Counted from the first letter of the stretch, positions 51,084-61,868 are shown. The stretch is 64,000 nt of DNA from Alphaproteobacteria bacterium UBA828 (GCA_002296185.1 DBHM01000027.1:158867-222866), one strand, 5' to 3'. Notes: generated by a model from the letters alone, not told the origin. Program-made: numbers and translations.

Positions 51084-52463
51084 CTATTTCTCCAAAGTCT
51101 CAAGGCCGATAAGAGTGATTAATTCAGAGATTTCTTTCACGTTAATAATATTAATTCCAAGCCTTGCTTTTTCATTTAATTGTTCTGAATGTGCAGGAAG
51201 TAATGCTCTTGTGAATCCAAGTTTTTCAGACTCCTTTAGTCGGCTTTCGCTTTGTGCTACGGGTCTTAACTCACCTGAAAGACCAATTTCTCCAAAAAAA
51301 ACCATACCTTCTGGAATGGGTTTATTTTTAATTGAGGATATGAGAGCTGCTGCTACAGCCATATCTGCAGCTGGCTCTGAAATTTTTATTCCTCCTGCTA
51401 CATTCAGATAAATATCATTTGCACTAAAGGACAGTCCGGCTTTAGTTTCGAGGACTGCAAGTATCATTGCTAGTCGATTGTTATCCCAACCTACTATAGC
51501 TCTCCTTGGGCTACCGGGGTGTCCTGGAGCAACTAACGCTTGAATTTCCATAAGCATTGGCCTGGTTCCCTCAACTCCTGCATAAACTGTTGTTCCTGTT
51601 ATAGATCCTCGTTCGGAATTGAGAAACAGAGAGGAAGGGTTAGCTACTTCATTAAGGCCCTTACTGGTCATTTCGAAGACACCAATTTCATGTGTAGGTC
51701 CAAATCGGTTTTTAATTGATCTAACAATCCGAAATCTGTGACCTCTATCGCCTTCAAAATAAAGAACAGTATCAACCATATGTTCTAATACTCTTGGTCC
51801 TGCTATTTGACCTTCTTTTGTGACATGGCCAACTAATAGTAAAACAGATTTTGTATTTTTTGCGTGATGAATCAGTTCTTGGGCTGCTCCACGAACTTGA
51901 CTTACCGTTCCAGGTGAAGAGTCTAATGTATCTAAATACATCGTCTGTATAGAATCTATTACTATTATATCTGATGGATTTTCTTTTAGAGTAGTTAGTA
52001 TGTCACGGATATTTGTAGCTGCCGCCAAACGCACTTTCGAGTTACTTAAACCGAGACGGTTAGCCCTAAGGCGTACTTGTTCAGGGCCCTCCTCTCCAGA
52101 AATATATGATACTGTTGTATCTCTTGAACTTAATGCTGCAGCTGCTTGAAGAAGAAGTGTAGATTTACCGATTCCTGGGTCTCCAGCAAGTAGGATGGCG
52201 GAACCTTGAACCACTCCATTGCCTAAAACTCTATCTAGTTCATTTATTCCTGTAGTTAGTCGAGCTTGAATGGGTGTTTCCTCGTTTAACCCAGTGAAAT
52301 TAACTATATTTCCGTCAAATTTATTAAGGCCTTTTGGGGATACTGGTCTATTATTTTCTTCAACAATCGTATTCCATCCACCGCAGACGTCACAATGCCC
52401 AGCCCATTTTGCATGAGAAGTACCACAAGTTTGACAAATAAAGCGTTGTGAATTTTTTGCCAA
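51084..52463 (-). CDS. radA: DNA repair protein RadA/Sms
   Basis: C4 zinc finger, GDPGIGKSTLL, GHVTKEG, KNRFG. Confidence 0.97.
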   Translation of the reverse strand: MAKNSQRFICQTCGTSHAKWAGHCDVCGGWNTIVEENNRPVSPKGLNKFDGNIVNFTGLNEETPIQARLTTGINELDRVLGNGVVQGSAILLAGDPGIGKSTLLLQAAAALSSRDTTVSYISGEEGPEQVRLRANRLGLSNSKVRLAAATNIRDILTTLKENPSDIIVIDSIQTMYLDTLDSSPGTVSQVRGAAQELIHHAKNTKSVLLLVGHVTKEGQIAGPRVLEHMVDTVLYFEGDRGHRFRIVRSIKNRFGPTHEIGVFEMTSKGLNEVANPSSLFLNSERGSITGTTVYAGVEGTRPMLMEIQALVAPGHPGSPRRAIVGWDNNRLAMILAVLETKAGLSFSANDIYLNVAGGIKISEPAADMAVAAALISSIKNKPIPEGMVFFGEIGLSGELRPVAQSESRLKESEKLGFTRALLPAHSEQLNEKARLGINIINVKEISELITLIGLETLEK

Positions 52464-52523
52464 AGAATATTTTCTCCGAATTGAATTGATCAGTCATTAA
52501 TTATTTGTATAAAAAATGAGTGT

Positions 52524-53315
52524 TCAATTTGCTCTTGTAAGCATCTTTATTGGTCCATCAGAGCTTCCACTGATAAATTGATTAACGTATGGGTTGTCAC
52601 TTGAATCTAATTTTTCGACAGGCCCATGCCAGATTATTTTTCCTTCATATATCATAGCTATACGTGTAGCTATTTTTCTGGCGCTAGCCATATCATGAGT
52701 AATGCTTAATGCAGTACTTTTTGTCTCTGTAGTAATTTTTATTATAAGTTCATTAATTACATCAGCCATTATAGGATCGAGTCCTGTGGTGGGCTCATCA
52801 AAAAATATTATCTCGGGCTCTGTTGCTATTGCTCTGGCGAGGGCTACCCTTTTTTGCATTCCACCAGATAATTCTGAGTGATAAAGGTTACCAACATCAG
52901 CATTCAAGCCTACTGCTGCAAGTTTATCTATTGCGATATCTTTCGCTTCTTTCCTATCTATGTTCTGGCCATGAATTAGGCCAAATGCAACATTTTCCCA
53001 CACTGGAATACTATCAAACAAAGCTGCTCCCTGAAAAAGCATGCCAAATTTATGCATTAATTTTTCGCGTTCACTCCTTCTAAGTCCTATCATTTCTTTT
53101 CCATCAACCTTTATGGAGCCACTTTCAGGGTTGAGCAAGCCAAGTATGCATTTAAGCATTACCGATTTTCCTGTTCCAGAACCACCAATGACTACAAGTG
53201 ACTCACTCTCAATAACATCTAGGTCAAGTTCATCAAGTACGGATTTTGGACCAAAACTCTTTGAGAGGCCTCGTAATATAAGCTTGGCTTCTTTTTTACC
53301 GTGTGTGGTGCTCAT
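52524..53315 (-). CDS. mlaF: MlaF-type ABC ATPase
   Basis: GGSGTGKS, LFQGAALFDS, LSGGMQKRV, DEPTTGLDP. Confidence 0.9.
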   Translation of the reverse strand: MSTTHGKKEAKLILRGLSKSFGPKSVLDELDLDVIESESLVVIGGSGTGKSVMLKCILGLLNPESGSIKVDGKEMIGLRRSEREKLMHKFGMLFQGAALFDSIPVWENVAFGLIHGQNIDRKEAKDIAIDKLAAVGLNADVGNLYHSELSGGMQKRVALARAIATEPEIIFFDEPTTGLDPIMADVINELIIKITTETKSTALSITHDMASARKIATRIAMIYEGKIIWHGPVEKLDSSDNPYVNQFISGSSDGPIKMLTRAN

Positions 53316-54097
53316 TGAGAGAAAAATGCCTCCGTAATTATATAGTTGAAAATAAGAACAAGGATTGCGCCAGAAACAACAGCATTTGTCGTTGCGGAGC
53401 CTACACCTTGAGCTCCTCCACGGCTATAAAATCCATGATAGCAACCCATTAGTGCTATTAGAAAACCAAACACTGCTGCTTTTACTAGTCCAGACACAAC
53501 ATCCATGACTTCCAAAAACTCGAAAGTATTTGCTAGATATGCTTGAGAATTAAAATCCAGTTTGTGCACACTTACTAAATACCCTCCGAGTACACCAATT
53601 ATATCGGCAATAAGGACCAAAAATGGCAAACTAATTGCTGCTGCTATTAAGCGGGGGGCGATCAGATATTTAAAGGGGTTTGTAGATAGAGTGCTTAAGG
53701 CGTCAATTTGCTCTGTGACGCGCATAGTGCCTATTTCTGCAGCCATTGATGCTCCGACCCTACCAGCCACCATTAGGCCAGCAAGTACAGGACCTAGCTC
53801 CCGTGTTATTGATAGCACAACTACTGCAGGTATGGCACTATCAGCGGCAAAGCGTGAAAAACCCGTATAGCTTTGTAGGGCGAGTACCATTCCAGCAAAT
53901 ATACCAGTAAGTCCTACTACTGGAAGTGAATAATAACCAATTTCTAGTGTCTGTTTCAGAATTAGATGGGTGTAAAAGGGTGGGCGGAAACAGTGAGAGA
54001 GACTTTCAGCTGTAAATATGGAAATACGCCCAATAGTCTGAATAAGGTTTAAAAACCCTCGCCCAAGAAGGGCAATGGGGTTATTACTTAAGTTCAT
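53312..54097 (-). CDS. mlaE: MlaE-type ABC permease
   Basis: RELGPVL, AEIGTMRVTEQIDAL, GGAQGVG.ATT.AVV. Confidence 0.93.
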   Translation of the reverse strand: MNLSNNPIALLGRGFLNLIQTIGRISIFTAESLSHCFRPPFYTHLILKQTLEIGYYSLPVVGLTGIFAGMVLALQSYTGFSRFAADSAIPAVVVLSITRELGPVLAGLMVAGRVGASMAAEIGTMRVTEQIDALSTLSTNPFKYLIAPRLIAAAISLPFLVLIADIIGVLGGYLVSVHKLDFNSQAYLANTFEFLEVMDVVSGLVKAAVFGFLIALMGCYHGFYSRGGAQGVGSATTNAVVSGAILVLIFNYIITEAFFSQ

Positions 54098-55251
54098 TAT
54101 ATTTTCACCGGCGTATCTATATTATTCCAAACTCTCTCATAACGATTTCCAAGAGTAGTTAGGACTTCTTCACCTATAGTGCCGGAGTCGCGAGCAAAGT
54201 CATCTACTGTGTAATCTTTACCTATGAGCTCTACAGGGCAACCTAGGTGGTATTTTCCCTCAGGCACTTCTGAAATATCAAGAGTAATTAGATCCATTGA
54301 TACACGGCCTATTATTGGTACAGAAATTTTACCAAGGCGCGCTTTTGATATCCCGCCGCTAGAACGCATATATCCATCAGCATAGCCAACTCCAACAGTA
54401 GCGATTCTTCCAGGCTTTGTAAAAGTATGAGTTGCACCATAACCAACGGTCTGATTTCTGTCAACTTGTTGTACTTGAAGGATTTTTCCATATAGAGTAA
54501 CTATATTTTTCATAGGGTTTTCTTGGTACGGGGTAGGATTAAGCCCATAAAGAGATGCCCCTGGTCTGGTGAGATTAAAGTGGTAATCATTTCCTAAGAA
54601 TATTCCAGAAGAGTTTGCTAGACTCCATCGAGAGCTTTGAGGGGTAAAATTAATAATTTTATCCCTCAATAGTCTAAAACGTTTTAGTTGAATACAATTC
54701 ATCGGATGTTCAGGTTCTTCTGCGCAAGCAAGATGACTTATTACTCCATTAAAGGGGAGCTTAATTGAGGTAATATAGCGTTCAATAATTTTTTCTAATT
54801 CTTTTTCTGGAATACCAAGTCTAGACATTCCTGTATCTATATGAAACCAGGCTTTAGGTATATAGTCATTACTTGATGAACTAATTTTTTTACATGCACC
54901 CTGCCATATCTCAAATTGACCTAAATGGTTAATAACGGGGTTTATTTTTTTTTCGAGGCATATGAAAGCTTCCTCTTCTGTATTCACGCCAAAAAGTAAA
55001 TTGACTTCGCGATCAGATATTAATTTTTTTATCTCTATTGCTTCATCAATAGTTGCTGAAAAAAACTCTTTACACCCAATTGATGCTAGCGCCGGTACTA
55101 TATAACTAATACCAAGCCCATAACAGTTAGCCTTTACAACTGAACTAACAGTCGAGTTATTACACATTGAGGCAAGTAGCTTCCAATTAGCCTGAATGGA
55201 GCTAAGGTCAATATGTAAAGTGGCGCCATATTTGCCCATAGATTGGGGCAT
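54097..55251 (-). CDS. alr: Alanine racemase
   Basis: VVKANCYG, HIDTGMSRLG, SHLAC, RPG..LYG, GYADG, GRVSMD. Confidence 0.93.
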   Translation of the reverse strand: MPQSMGKYGATLHIDLSSIQANWKLLASMCNNSTVSSVVKANCYGLGISYIVPALASIGCKEFFSATIDEAIEIKKLISDREVNLLFGVNTEEEAFICLEKKINPVINHLGQFEIWQGACKKISSSSNDYIPKAWFHIDTGMSRLGIPEKELEKIIERYITSIKLPFNGVISHLACAEEPEHPMNCIQLKRFRLLRDKIINFTPQSSRWSLANSSGIFLGNDYHFNLTRPGASLYGLNPTPYQENPMKNIVTLYGKILQVQQVDRNQTVGYGATHTFTKPGRIATVGVGYADGYMRSSGGISKARLGKISVPIIGRVSMDLITLDISEVPEGKYHLGCPVELIGKDYTVDDFARDSGTIGEEVLTTLGNRYERVWNNIDTPVKI

Positions 55252-55263
55252 AGATTCCTCTAT

Positions 55264-56778
55264 CTAAGACATGGGATTGTTGGTTGTTGCAGAAGAGTGC
55301 TGTGTATCTAAATCAGCAAATTGAGTGAGGAACTCATTAAAGTAGAGTAAAACTTTACCTGTCGGGCCATGTCGCTGTTTGGCGATTATAGTTTCAGCAA
55401 GGTTATGTATACTGGACATCTTTTCTTGCCAATCTTGATGTTCCACTGTTCCCTCAGCAGGTTCTTGTCGGGCTAAATAATATTGTTCCCTATAAACAAA
55501 CATAACAACATCTGCATCCTGTTCTATAGATCCAGATTCCCTGAGGTCAGCCAGTTGAGGTCGTTTGTCATCTCTCTGTTCAACAGCTCTAGAGAGCTGT
55601 GAAAGTGCTACAACAGGAACACCTAGTTCTTTTGCAAGAGCTTTTAGACCCATTGTTACCTCAGAAACTTCCTGCACCCGATTATTAAGCCGTCTACTTG
55701 AAGTGGGGCGCATAAGTTGAAGATAATCAACAATAATCAAGTCTAAGCCACGCTGTCTTTTTAATCTACGTGCTCTAGCTCTTAAGCCTGGAATTGTTAG
55801 TTCAGGGGTGTCATCAATAAAGAAGGGAATAGTCTCAATTTCTTGGCTGGCTCTAACAATTTTTCCAAAGTCTTCGTTATTGACTTCTCCTCTTCGAAGC
55901 TTTTCTGAAGATATACCGGTTTGCTCTGCTAGAATCCTTGTCGCAAGTTGCTCAGAAGACATTTCAAGACTAAAAAAACCAACACGTGCTCCATCAGTTA
56001 GGATTGAAGTTCCAGTGTCAGATTTTTCCTCATGGAATTTTCGAGCAGCATTATAAGCGAAATTTGTTGCTAGCGCAGTTTTGCCCATTCCTGGTCGTCC
56101 AGCTATTATAATCAGGTCGGATGGATGTAACCCCCCCAAAAGCTTATCTAAGTCGTTGAGTCCTGTGGGAACTCCAACCATCTTCCCATCACGTTTATAA
56201 GCAGATTCGATAAGGTTTACGGCCGTTGTTAGTGAGCTACTAAAATCTTGGAATCCACCTTCATTTTCTCCGTCTTCTGCAAGTTTATAAAGTTTTTGTT
56301 CAGCAGATTCTAATTGGTCAATAGCTGTTTCATCTAATGGAGCATCGAAAGCATCATTTACAATATTTTCACCGATTGAAATTAATGATCTTCTCATAGC
56401 AAGATCATGAACAATCTTTCCGTAATTCTCTGCATTAATGATTGTTACTGCAGCACCTGCAAGCCTCGCTAAGTACTGCGTACCCCCAAGATTTGTTAGG
56501 CCTGCATCAGACTCAAAAAAATGCTTAAGGGTTATAGGGCTTGCAATTTGACCGCGGTCAATTAACTTTATTATCGTATCAAAAATTCGGCCATGAACAT
56601 CTAGAAAAAAATGATCTTCTTCGAGAAATCCTGATACCTGGTTGGCTGCTTCATTATTTACAAGAATAGCACCCAGCAACGCTTGCTCGACCTCTAGGTT
56701 ATGCGGCAGAGAGCGATACCCATCATTTGTAGTTGATTGAGTCCTAGTTTGCGATTCAAGGTTTGTTTGTGTTGCCAT
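55264..56778 (-). CDS. dnaB: Replicative DNA helicase (no intein)
   Basis: EQALLG, AGRPGMGKT, VDYLQL, LSQLSR, DLRESGSIEQDAD, KQRHGP. Confidence 0.98.
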   Translation of the reverse strand: MATQTNLESQTRTQSTTNDGYRSLPHNLEVEQALLGAILVNNEAANQVSGFLEEDHFFLDVHGRIFDTIIKLIDRGQIASPITLKHFFESDAGLTNLGGTQYLARLAGAAVTIINAENYGKIVHDLAMRRSLISIGENIVNDAFDAPLDETAIDQLESAEQKLYKLAEDGENEGGFQDFSSSLTTAVNLIESAYKRDGKMVGVPTGLNDLDKLLGGLHPSDLIIIAGRPGMGKTALATNFAYNAARKFHEEKSDTGTSILTDGARVGFFSLEMSSEQLATRILAEQTGISSEKLRRGEVNNEDFGKIVRASQEIETIPFFIDDTPELTIPGLRARARRLKRQRGLDLIIVDYLQLMRPTSSRRLNNRVQEVSEVTMGLKALAKELGVPVVALSQLSRAVEQRDDKRPQLADLRESGSIEQDADVVMFVYREQYYLARQEPAEGTVEHQDWQEKMSSIHNLAETIIAKQRHGPTGKVLLYFNEFLTQFADLDTQHSSATTNNPMS

Positions 56779-56999
56779 GAGGCCCTCTTTTATCCTGCCT
56801 TTTGTTTATCTGAAACCTTCTCATATCAGCGTGTAGGAATTTGTCATGGACTAATTCCATATTAATAACAATAATAGCGGGGATAAAATACTAAGATATT
56901 GTAAATAAATAATAAAATATGCCGGTTTGCTTATAAATAACATGGCCTGTGTTTATCTTAATAGGTAACCGGTATTTAAGCTAAACTTATTTTTAAGTT

Positions 57000-58214
57000 T
57001 TAGATTTGGTGGTTTTTTTCCCACTCTACCATGTAATCTCTTGTTAATGGTGCAGCTTCCTGGTCCCAAGCAATCTGAAGCTGTGCGATCATGTGATCTT
57101 GTCTTCTAAAGGCAATTTCTGAACCTGCTAGATAAAATTCCCACATTTTACAAAAGCGTTCATCGTAAATTTCTTTTATTTTATTTCGGTTGTAAGCAAA
57201 ATTACGTGACCAGTGACGTAGAGTGTCGGCGTAGTGAAGTCTGAGCATTTCGGTATCTAGAACTTTTAGTCCTGTTTTTTCAATAGCAGAAAAAATTTCT
57301 GACATGGATGGGCAGTACCCTCCTGGGAAAATATATTTTCTTAGCCAAGGATTAGTTACGCTTGGTCCATCCCAACGAGCTATAGTATGTATTACGGCCA
57401 CCCCGTCATCTTTAAGAAGTGATCCTACCTTATTAAAAAATTCTCCATAATGTTTAATGCCTACATGTTCAAACATGCCTACTGACACAATCCTGTCATA
57501 TAGATTTGTTTCTCGTCTGTAGTCCTGAAGTAAAAATCTGACATCGCCTTGAATTTGTAAATCCTGAGTCCTCTTTTCAGCATATTTCTGTTGTTCTTTT
57601 GAGAGTGTTAAACCTGTAACATTTGCGCCGGTTTCTTGATGAAGATAGATCCCAAGCCCGCCCCATCCAGATCCAATATCCAAGGTCTTTAAGCCAGGTT
57701 TGTCGAGTATTAATTTTGAAGCTAGATGCCGCTTTTTTGCTTTCTGGGCTTGCTCAAGTGTGCTGTTTTGTGAGTCAAAATATCCACAAGAGTATTGACG
57801 ATCTGAGTCTAGGAATAAATCAAAAAGATCATCTGATAGATCATAATGGTGGGCTACATTCTTTCTTGCTACTCCTAATGGATTATGTTGTTGAAGTGGT
57901 CTTGTCCACCCACTCAACCAATTTCTTATTCGTACGATGGTTAATTCGTCAAGAACATGTAGATTAGATCCTGTCAGATCTAGGAAATCATAAATACTTC
58001 CCCCATCCTCGACGGTCAAAGATCCATCCATATATGCTTCTCCAACAGCAAGTCTTGGATTGAGAGCTATTTTACGACTCACTGAACGATTATGCAGACG
58101 GATTGTAACAGAGGGGCCTTGATTATTTCCAAAGGTTTTTAATTTACCCCTATGATCAATGACATTAAGGGTTCCTTTTTTCATTAGTTGTTTGAGTAGT
58201 AACTCTAATAGCAT
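57000..58214 (-). CDS. cfa: Cyclopropane-fatty-acyl-phospholipid synthase family methyltransferase
   Basis: NVAHHYDLS, QYSCGYF, LDIGSGWG, SVGMFEHVG, KYIFPGG, HYA.TL..W. Confidence 0.92.
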   Translation of the reverse strand: MLLELLLKQLMKKGTLNVIDHRGKLKTFGNNQGPSVTIRLHNRSVSRKIALNPRLAVGEAYMDGSLTVEDGGSIYDFLDLTGSNLHVLDELTIVRIRNWLSGWTRPLQQHNPLGVARKNVAHHYDLSDDLFDLFLDSDRQYSCGYFDSQNSTLEQAQKAKKRHLASKLILDKPGLKTLDIGSGWGGLGIYLHQETGANVTGLTLSKEQQKYAEKRTQDLQIQGDVRFLLQDYRRETNLYDRIVSVGMFEHVGIKHYGEFFNKVGSLLKDDGVAVIHTIARWDGPSVTNPWLRKYIFPGGYCPSMSEIFSAIEKTGLKVLDTEMLRLHYADTLRHWSRNFAYNRNKIKEIYDERFCKMWEFYLAGSEIAFRRQDHMIAQLQIAWDQEAAPLTRDYMVEWEKNHQI

Positions 58215-58259
58215 TTGTGTTTATTTCCCAAGAGTTCTTATCTATTCAAAATACATTAT

Positions 58260-58958
58260 CTATTCTTCTTTTTCGTCAATTAAATCCTGATCCGGGTTTT
58301 TGCCGATCTTAGATTCAGTATCCTGAGGTATAACTCTATTTTCCTGGGATAATTTATCAGTTTCTGAATTCATATTTTCTGTGAGTAATTTTGCTTCTGC
58401 TTTCGCGGCTAATTCTTCAGTATCAAAAACAGTCTTATCAACTTCTGATATATCTTCCCCTTCTTCTGAGCTTGCTTTAAGGGTGCCGCCTTTACTTTGA
58501 ATCGATGCTTCTTCGTCTGACCGAGCAACATTGATATTTATATTTACGGTAACTTCAGGATGAAGAACTAATTGTAGTTGGTGGATACCAAGTGTTTTAA
58601 TAGGTACATCCAACTTAATCTGCTGACGTTTTATAGCAACACCAGATTGACTTATCTTATCTGCTATATCACGGGCAGTAACTGATCCAAATAACTGTCC
58701 AGTATCCCCTGCCTGTCGGATCAAAATAAAATCCTTCCCATCGACTTCTTTGGCTGCAGACTCCGCTAAAGTGCGTTTTTCATCATTAACTATCTGTAAA
58801 GCTTCTTTCTCGGCTTCAAATCTTGCCTTATTTTCTTTTGTAGCTAGCAAGGCTTTCTTTTGGGGGAGCAGAAAGTTCCTGGCATAGCCATCTTTAACTT
58901 TGACTACATCTCCCATATGACCAAGTTTTTCAACTCGCTCAAGCAAAATAATTTCCAT
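58260..58958 (-). CDS. rplI: 50S ribosomal protein L9; start ATG 58958; acidic C-terminal tail
   Basis: MEIILLERV.KLG.MGDVV.VKDGYARNFLLP, LFGSV, LHPEV. Confidence 0.96.
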   Translation of the reverse strand: MEIILLERVEKLGHMGDVVKVKDGYARNFLLPQKKALLATKENKARFEAEKEALQIVNDEKRTLAESAAKEVDGKDFILIRQAGDTGQLFGSVTARDIADKISQSGVAIKRQQIKLDVPIKTLGIHQLQLVLHPEVTVNININVARSDEEASIQSKGGTLKASSEEGEDISEVDKTVFDTEELAAKAEAKLLTENMNSETDKLSQENRVIPQDTESKIGKNPDQDLIDEKEE

Positions 58959-58968
58959 CTTGGGTCTC

Positions 58969-59910
58969 CTAAGAGGGGTTATTACCCTCAATTTTTTCCC
59001 TTATTCTAAACCATTGTTCCGCAAATCCAAGGGCTGCTGCTAAGAACATTGGCCAACCGCGAATAAATATTAAAAGGTAGAAAATTCCAATAAATATAGG
59101 GCCAGGTCCCCAGCCCCTACAGATTGAATGAAACACCATTAGACCGACAAGGATAAAGGGTACAAGCAAAATTTGGAATAGGTTCCAAGCAATAATACTT
59201 GTTATGCCATCTGTTACTAGTCCAAGCAATAGGCTAGCTCCCCATGCAATGAAAACCCAAATAGGGGTAGTTGCTTTGGAAAGTTCCAGGGATGGTCTTA
59301 AATTCCGGCCCCATCGCTTTAGAAGGAGATTTGCTATTCCTAGGCTAATGATTGTAATAGCTAGCCACCATCCTGCCATGGTTCCAGGCGCTAGCTGGGC
59401 AATTTGCCTAGCAAAAATAGTGATTGATTCTTTTGAATTAATATTACCGGCCATCATGGGCTCTAGGGCTGTCGCTATTTGGCGTTCGACTAATCCGATG
59501 AACCCACCTTCAAAACCGGATGACCCTATGAATATTACCATTAATATTAAGGCAGCATAAGCCGTTAGGTAGCCTAGTATTTTACTTGGTGGGAGCCATG
59601 TAAGTGAGCCATTCGGTAGTTTTTGTGGTTTTATGATATATCTTGATATTGCAACTGCAGGCAATGCTTGTGTCAGCACATAGGCTAATGAACCGATTAG
59701 ACCGCCCATTACAGCCACAAGAGCTGTTGCCAAAAAAGATGAGGTTAATGTTGTCCCTAGTCCAGTGCTAAGTCCCACAAGGAAAAGTGGTAGCATAGAG
59801 AAGGGCATAACTACCAGTGATAAGGGGGATCCTGTCATTACTGCCGAAAATAGAAGTGCTGATATGACACCTGCTGCTATGGCGATTAGATTGCGTGTAC
59901 GTGGGGGCAT
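58969..59910 (-). CDS. DUF2232 (YybS-like) membrane protein
   Basis: Multi-TM protein between rpsR and rplI, the usual position for this family. Confidence 0.75.
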   Translation of the reverse strand: MPPRTRNLIAIAAGVISALLFSAVMTGSPLSLVVMPFSMLPLFLVGLSTGLGTTLTSSFLATALVAVMGGLIGSLAYVLTQALPAVAISRYIIKPQKLPNGSLTWLPPSKILGYLTAYAALILMVIFIGSSGFEGGFIGLVERQIATALEPMMAGNINSKESITIFARQIAQLAPGTMAGWWLAITIISLGIANLLLKRWGRNLRPSLELSKATTPIWVFIAWGASLLLGLVTDGITSIIAWNLFQILLVPFILVGLMVFHSICRGWGPGPIFIGIFYLLIFIRGWPMFLAAALGFAEQWFRIREKIEGNNPS

Positions 59911-59939
59911 GTTTCCCCTAACCCGCTAACATGGCGTTT

Positions 59940-60284
59940 TTACTGGACTACGTAGGGTAGCAAGGCTAGTTGTCTAGCTCGCTTAATCGCCCGGGCTAAT
60001 TCCCGTTGTCTCTTAGCAGACACTGCGGTTATCCGGCTTGGAACAATCTTGCCTCGTTCAGATACAAATCTTTGCAGGATCTTAACGTCTTTATAATCAA
60101 TTTTGGGAGCATTAGGTCCAGAAAATGGGCAAGATTTTCTACGTCTAAAGAAAGGCCTTCTCGGGAATGCGACATTTGGAATGTTATTGCCGCTTCCTCC
60201 AGGCCCACCTCTGCTGTTACCAAACCTTTGGTTCGTTTGCCGATTATCACTTATGTTTTCTGCAGAGCTAGTTTCATCAACCAT
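59940..60284 (-). CDS. rpsR: 30S ribosomal protein S18 with N-terminal extension
   Basis: [37 protein letters not shown]. Confidence 0.96.
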   Translation of the reverse strand: MVDETSSAENISDNRQTNQRFGNSRGGPGGSGNNIPNVAFPRRPFFRRRKSCPFSGPNAPKIDYKDVKILQRFVSERGKIVPSRITAVSAKRQRELARAIKRARQLALLPYVVQ

Positions 60285-60314
60285 AATTTTTCTCTTTATA
60301 TTAACTGCTTTACT

Positions 60315-60719
60315 TTATTCGTTATCTTTAAGCTGATTATCTAAATCTTCATAATTATGATCTTCAGTAACTGAAGAATCAGCCTTTACCTCTCTTGGTC
60401 GAGATTGCATCATAGCTGATGGGTTCGTGTCTAGAGCTTCAACCTTTATTGTTAAGAACCTAATTATATCCTCATTCAACCTCATATTTCGTTCCATCTC
60501 CGAAATAGCTTCGGCAGTTGCGCTAATACGCATATGCACATAATAGCCTTTGCGGTTTTTCTTAATTTTGTAGGCTAAATTACGTAAGCCCCATTGTTCA
60601 ATAGTCGTAACTTCACCTCCACTCTCGCGGATAGATTCATTGAATTGTTCGCCAAGTGCTTCTACTTGTTGAGAGGACACATCAGGGCGTGCAATAAAAG
60701 TATTTTCGTAGAGCGGCAT
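60315..60719 (-). CDS. rpsF: 30S ribosomal protein S6
   Basis: MPLYE..FIAR, WGLR.LAYKI.KNRKG.Y. Confidence 0.96.
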   Translation of the reverse strand: MPLYENTFIARPDVSSQQVEALGEQFNESIRESGGEVTTIEQWGLRNLAYKIKKNRKGYYVHMRISATAEAISEMERNMRLNEDIIRFLTIKVEALDTNPSAMMQSRPREVKADSSVTEDHNYEDLDNQLKDNE

Positions 60720-60793
60720 GGCTCGCCGTCTCCTCCTTAAATTAGCTATTGTTATCCAACTTTATCTTTAGCACAGTGTTTTTATGTGCTGAA

Positions 60794-60862
60794 GCGCCGC
60801 ACTATACTCAATTGGGCCAAAGGCGCAAGGCCGCTTGACAGAGATCTTTCAAAAGGTATGAC
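60794..60862. promoter_or_regulatory. Divergent sigma70 promoters for rpsF (minus) and fabD (plus)
   Basis: Minus: TTGCGC-N16-TATAGT-GCGGCGC; plus: TTGACA at 60835-60840 followed by TATGAC. Confidence 0.55.
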
Positions 60863-60926
60863 TGGATAAAGCAGATATTTCTGCCCAAACCACAGGAATA
60901 TAACATTATTTGGGACGTTTGAGACT

Positions 60927-61868
60927 ATGAATAGAGCATTTGTATTTCCAGGCCAGGGATCACAAGTAATTGGAATGGGTAAGGCTGTCGCTGAAATGTA
61001 CCCTGAAGCAGCTGCTATATTTGAAATTGTTGACAATGCACTGGAGGAAAAACTCTCAGAGTTGATATTTTCAGGCTCAGAGGAGGAATTAAGACTAACA
61101 AGAAATGCACAACCTGCACTTATGGCGACATCTCTTGCGGTAATACGAGCAATTGAAACTGAATCTGGGAGGTCTCTATCTGAATTAGCCAGTTGTCTAG
61201 CTGGGCATTCTTTAGGTGAGTACTCTGCTCTAGCGGCTGCTGATAGTCTAAATATTGCTGATTCAGCAAGGCTTTTGAGGCTCAGGGGTGATGCGATGCA
61301 GTCGGCAGTAAAAATTGGAGAGGGATTAATGGCCGCGCTAATAGGGGCAGACTTAAATCAGGCTGAAGAAGTTATATCCATTGCTAACTCTGAAGGAACA
61401 TGCGTAATTGCTAATGATAACGCGCCTGGGCAAGTTGTAGTTAGTGGAGCTAGCAGAGCTATAAAGAAAGTAATCGATATTGCAAAAGATTATGATATTA
61501 AAAAGGCAGTTTTACTTCCTGTCAGCGCACCATTCCATTGTCCCATGATGAGGCCTGCTGCTGAGGCTATGTCAGAGGCTCTGAATAAAGTTCAGTTAAA
61601 AAAGCCTACTCTACCAATCATCTCAAATGTTACAGCTCAAATGGAGAGTGATCCGAACAAAATCAAAGACTTATTAACCAGACAAGTGACAGCGCAAGTT
61701 AGGTGGAGAGAGAGTATTTTAACTATGTCTAATGTGGGAGTAAACAAAGTTGCTGAGGTTGGTGCGGGAAAGGTTTTAACAGGTCTTATAAAAAGAATAG
61801 ATCCCGATCTTGATATTAGTTCGATTAACAGTCCGGATGGTGTTAAAAGCTTTGTATCTGAGCTATGA
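60927..61868 (+). CDS. fabD: Malonyl-CoA:ACP transacylase
   Basis: FPGQGSQ..GMG, QPAL, GHSLGEY, VSAPFH. Confidence 0.97.
   Translation: MNRAFVFPGQGSQVIGMGKAVAEMYPEAAAIFEIVDNALEEKLSELIFSGSEEELRLTRNAQPALMATSLAVIRAIETESGRSLSELASCLAGHSLGEYSALAAADSLNIADSARLLRLRGDAMQSAVKIGEGLMAALIGADLNQAEEVISIANSEGTCVIANDNAPGQVVVSGASRAIKKVIDIAKDYDIKKAVLLPVSAPFHCPMMRPAAEAMSEALNKVQLKKPTLPIISNVTAQMESDPNKIKDLLTRQVTAQVRWRESILTMSNVGVNKVAEVGAGKVLTGLIKRIDPDLDISSINSPDGVKSFVSEL

Noticed and set aside
52524..54097. mlaE-mlaF without mlaD
   Set aside because: The alr-mlaE-mlaF-radA order with mlaD elsewhere is usual in Alphaproteobacteria
60720..60793. S6:S18 autoregulatory leader upstream of rpsF
   Set aside because: A hairpin (AGCACA/TGTGCT) exists, but the conserved CCG internal-loop motif paired near the SD is not evident
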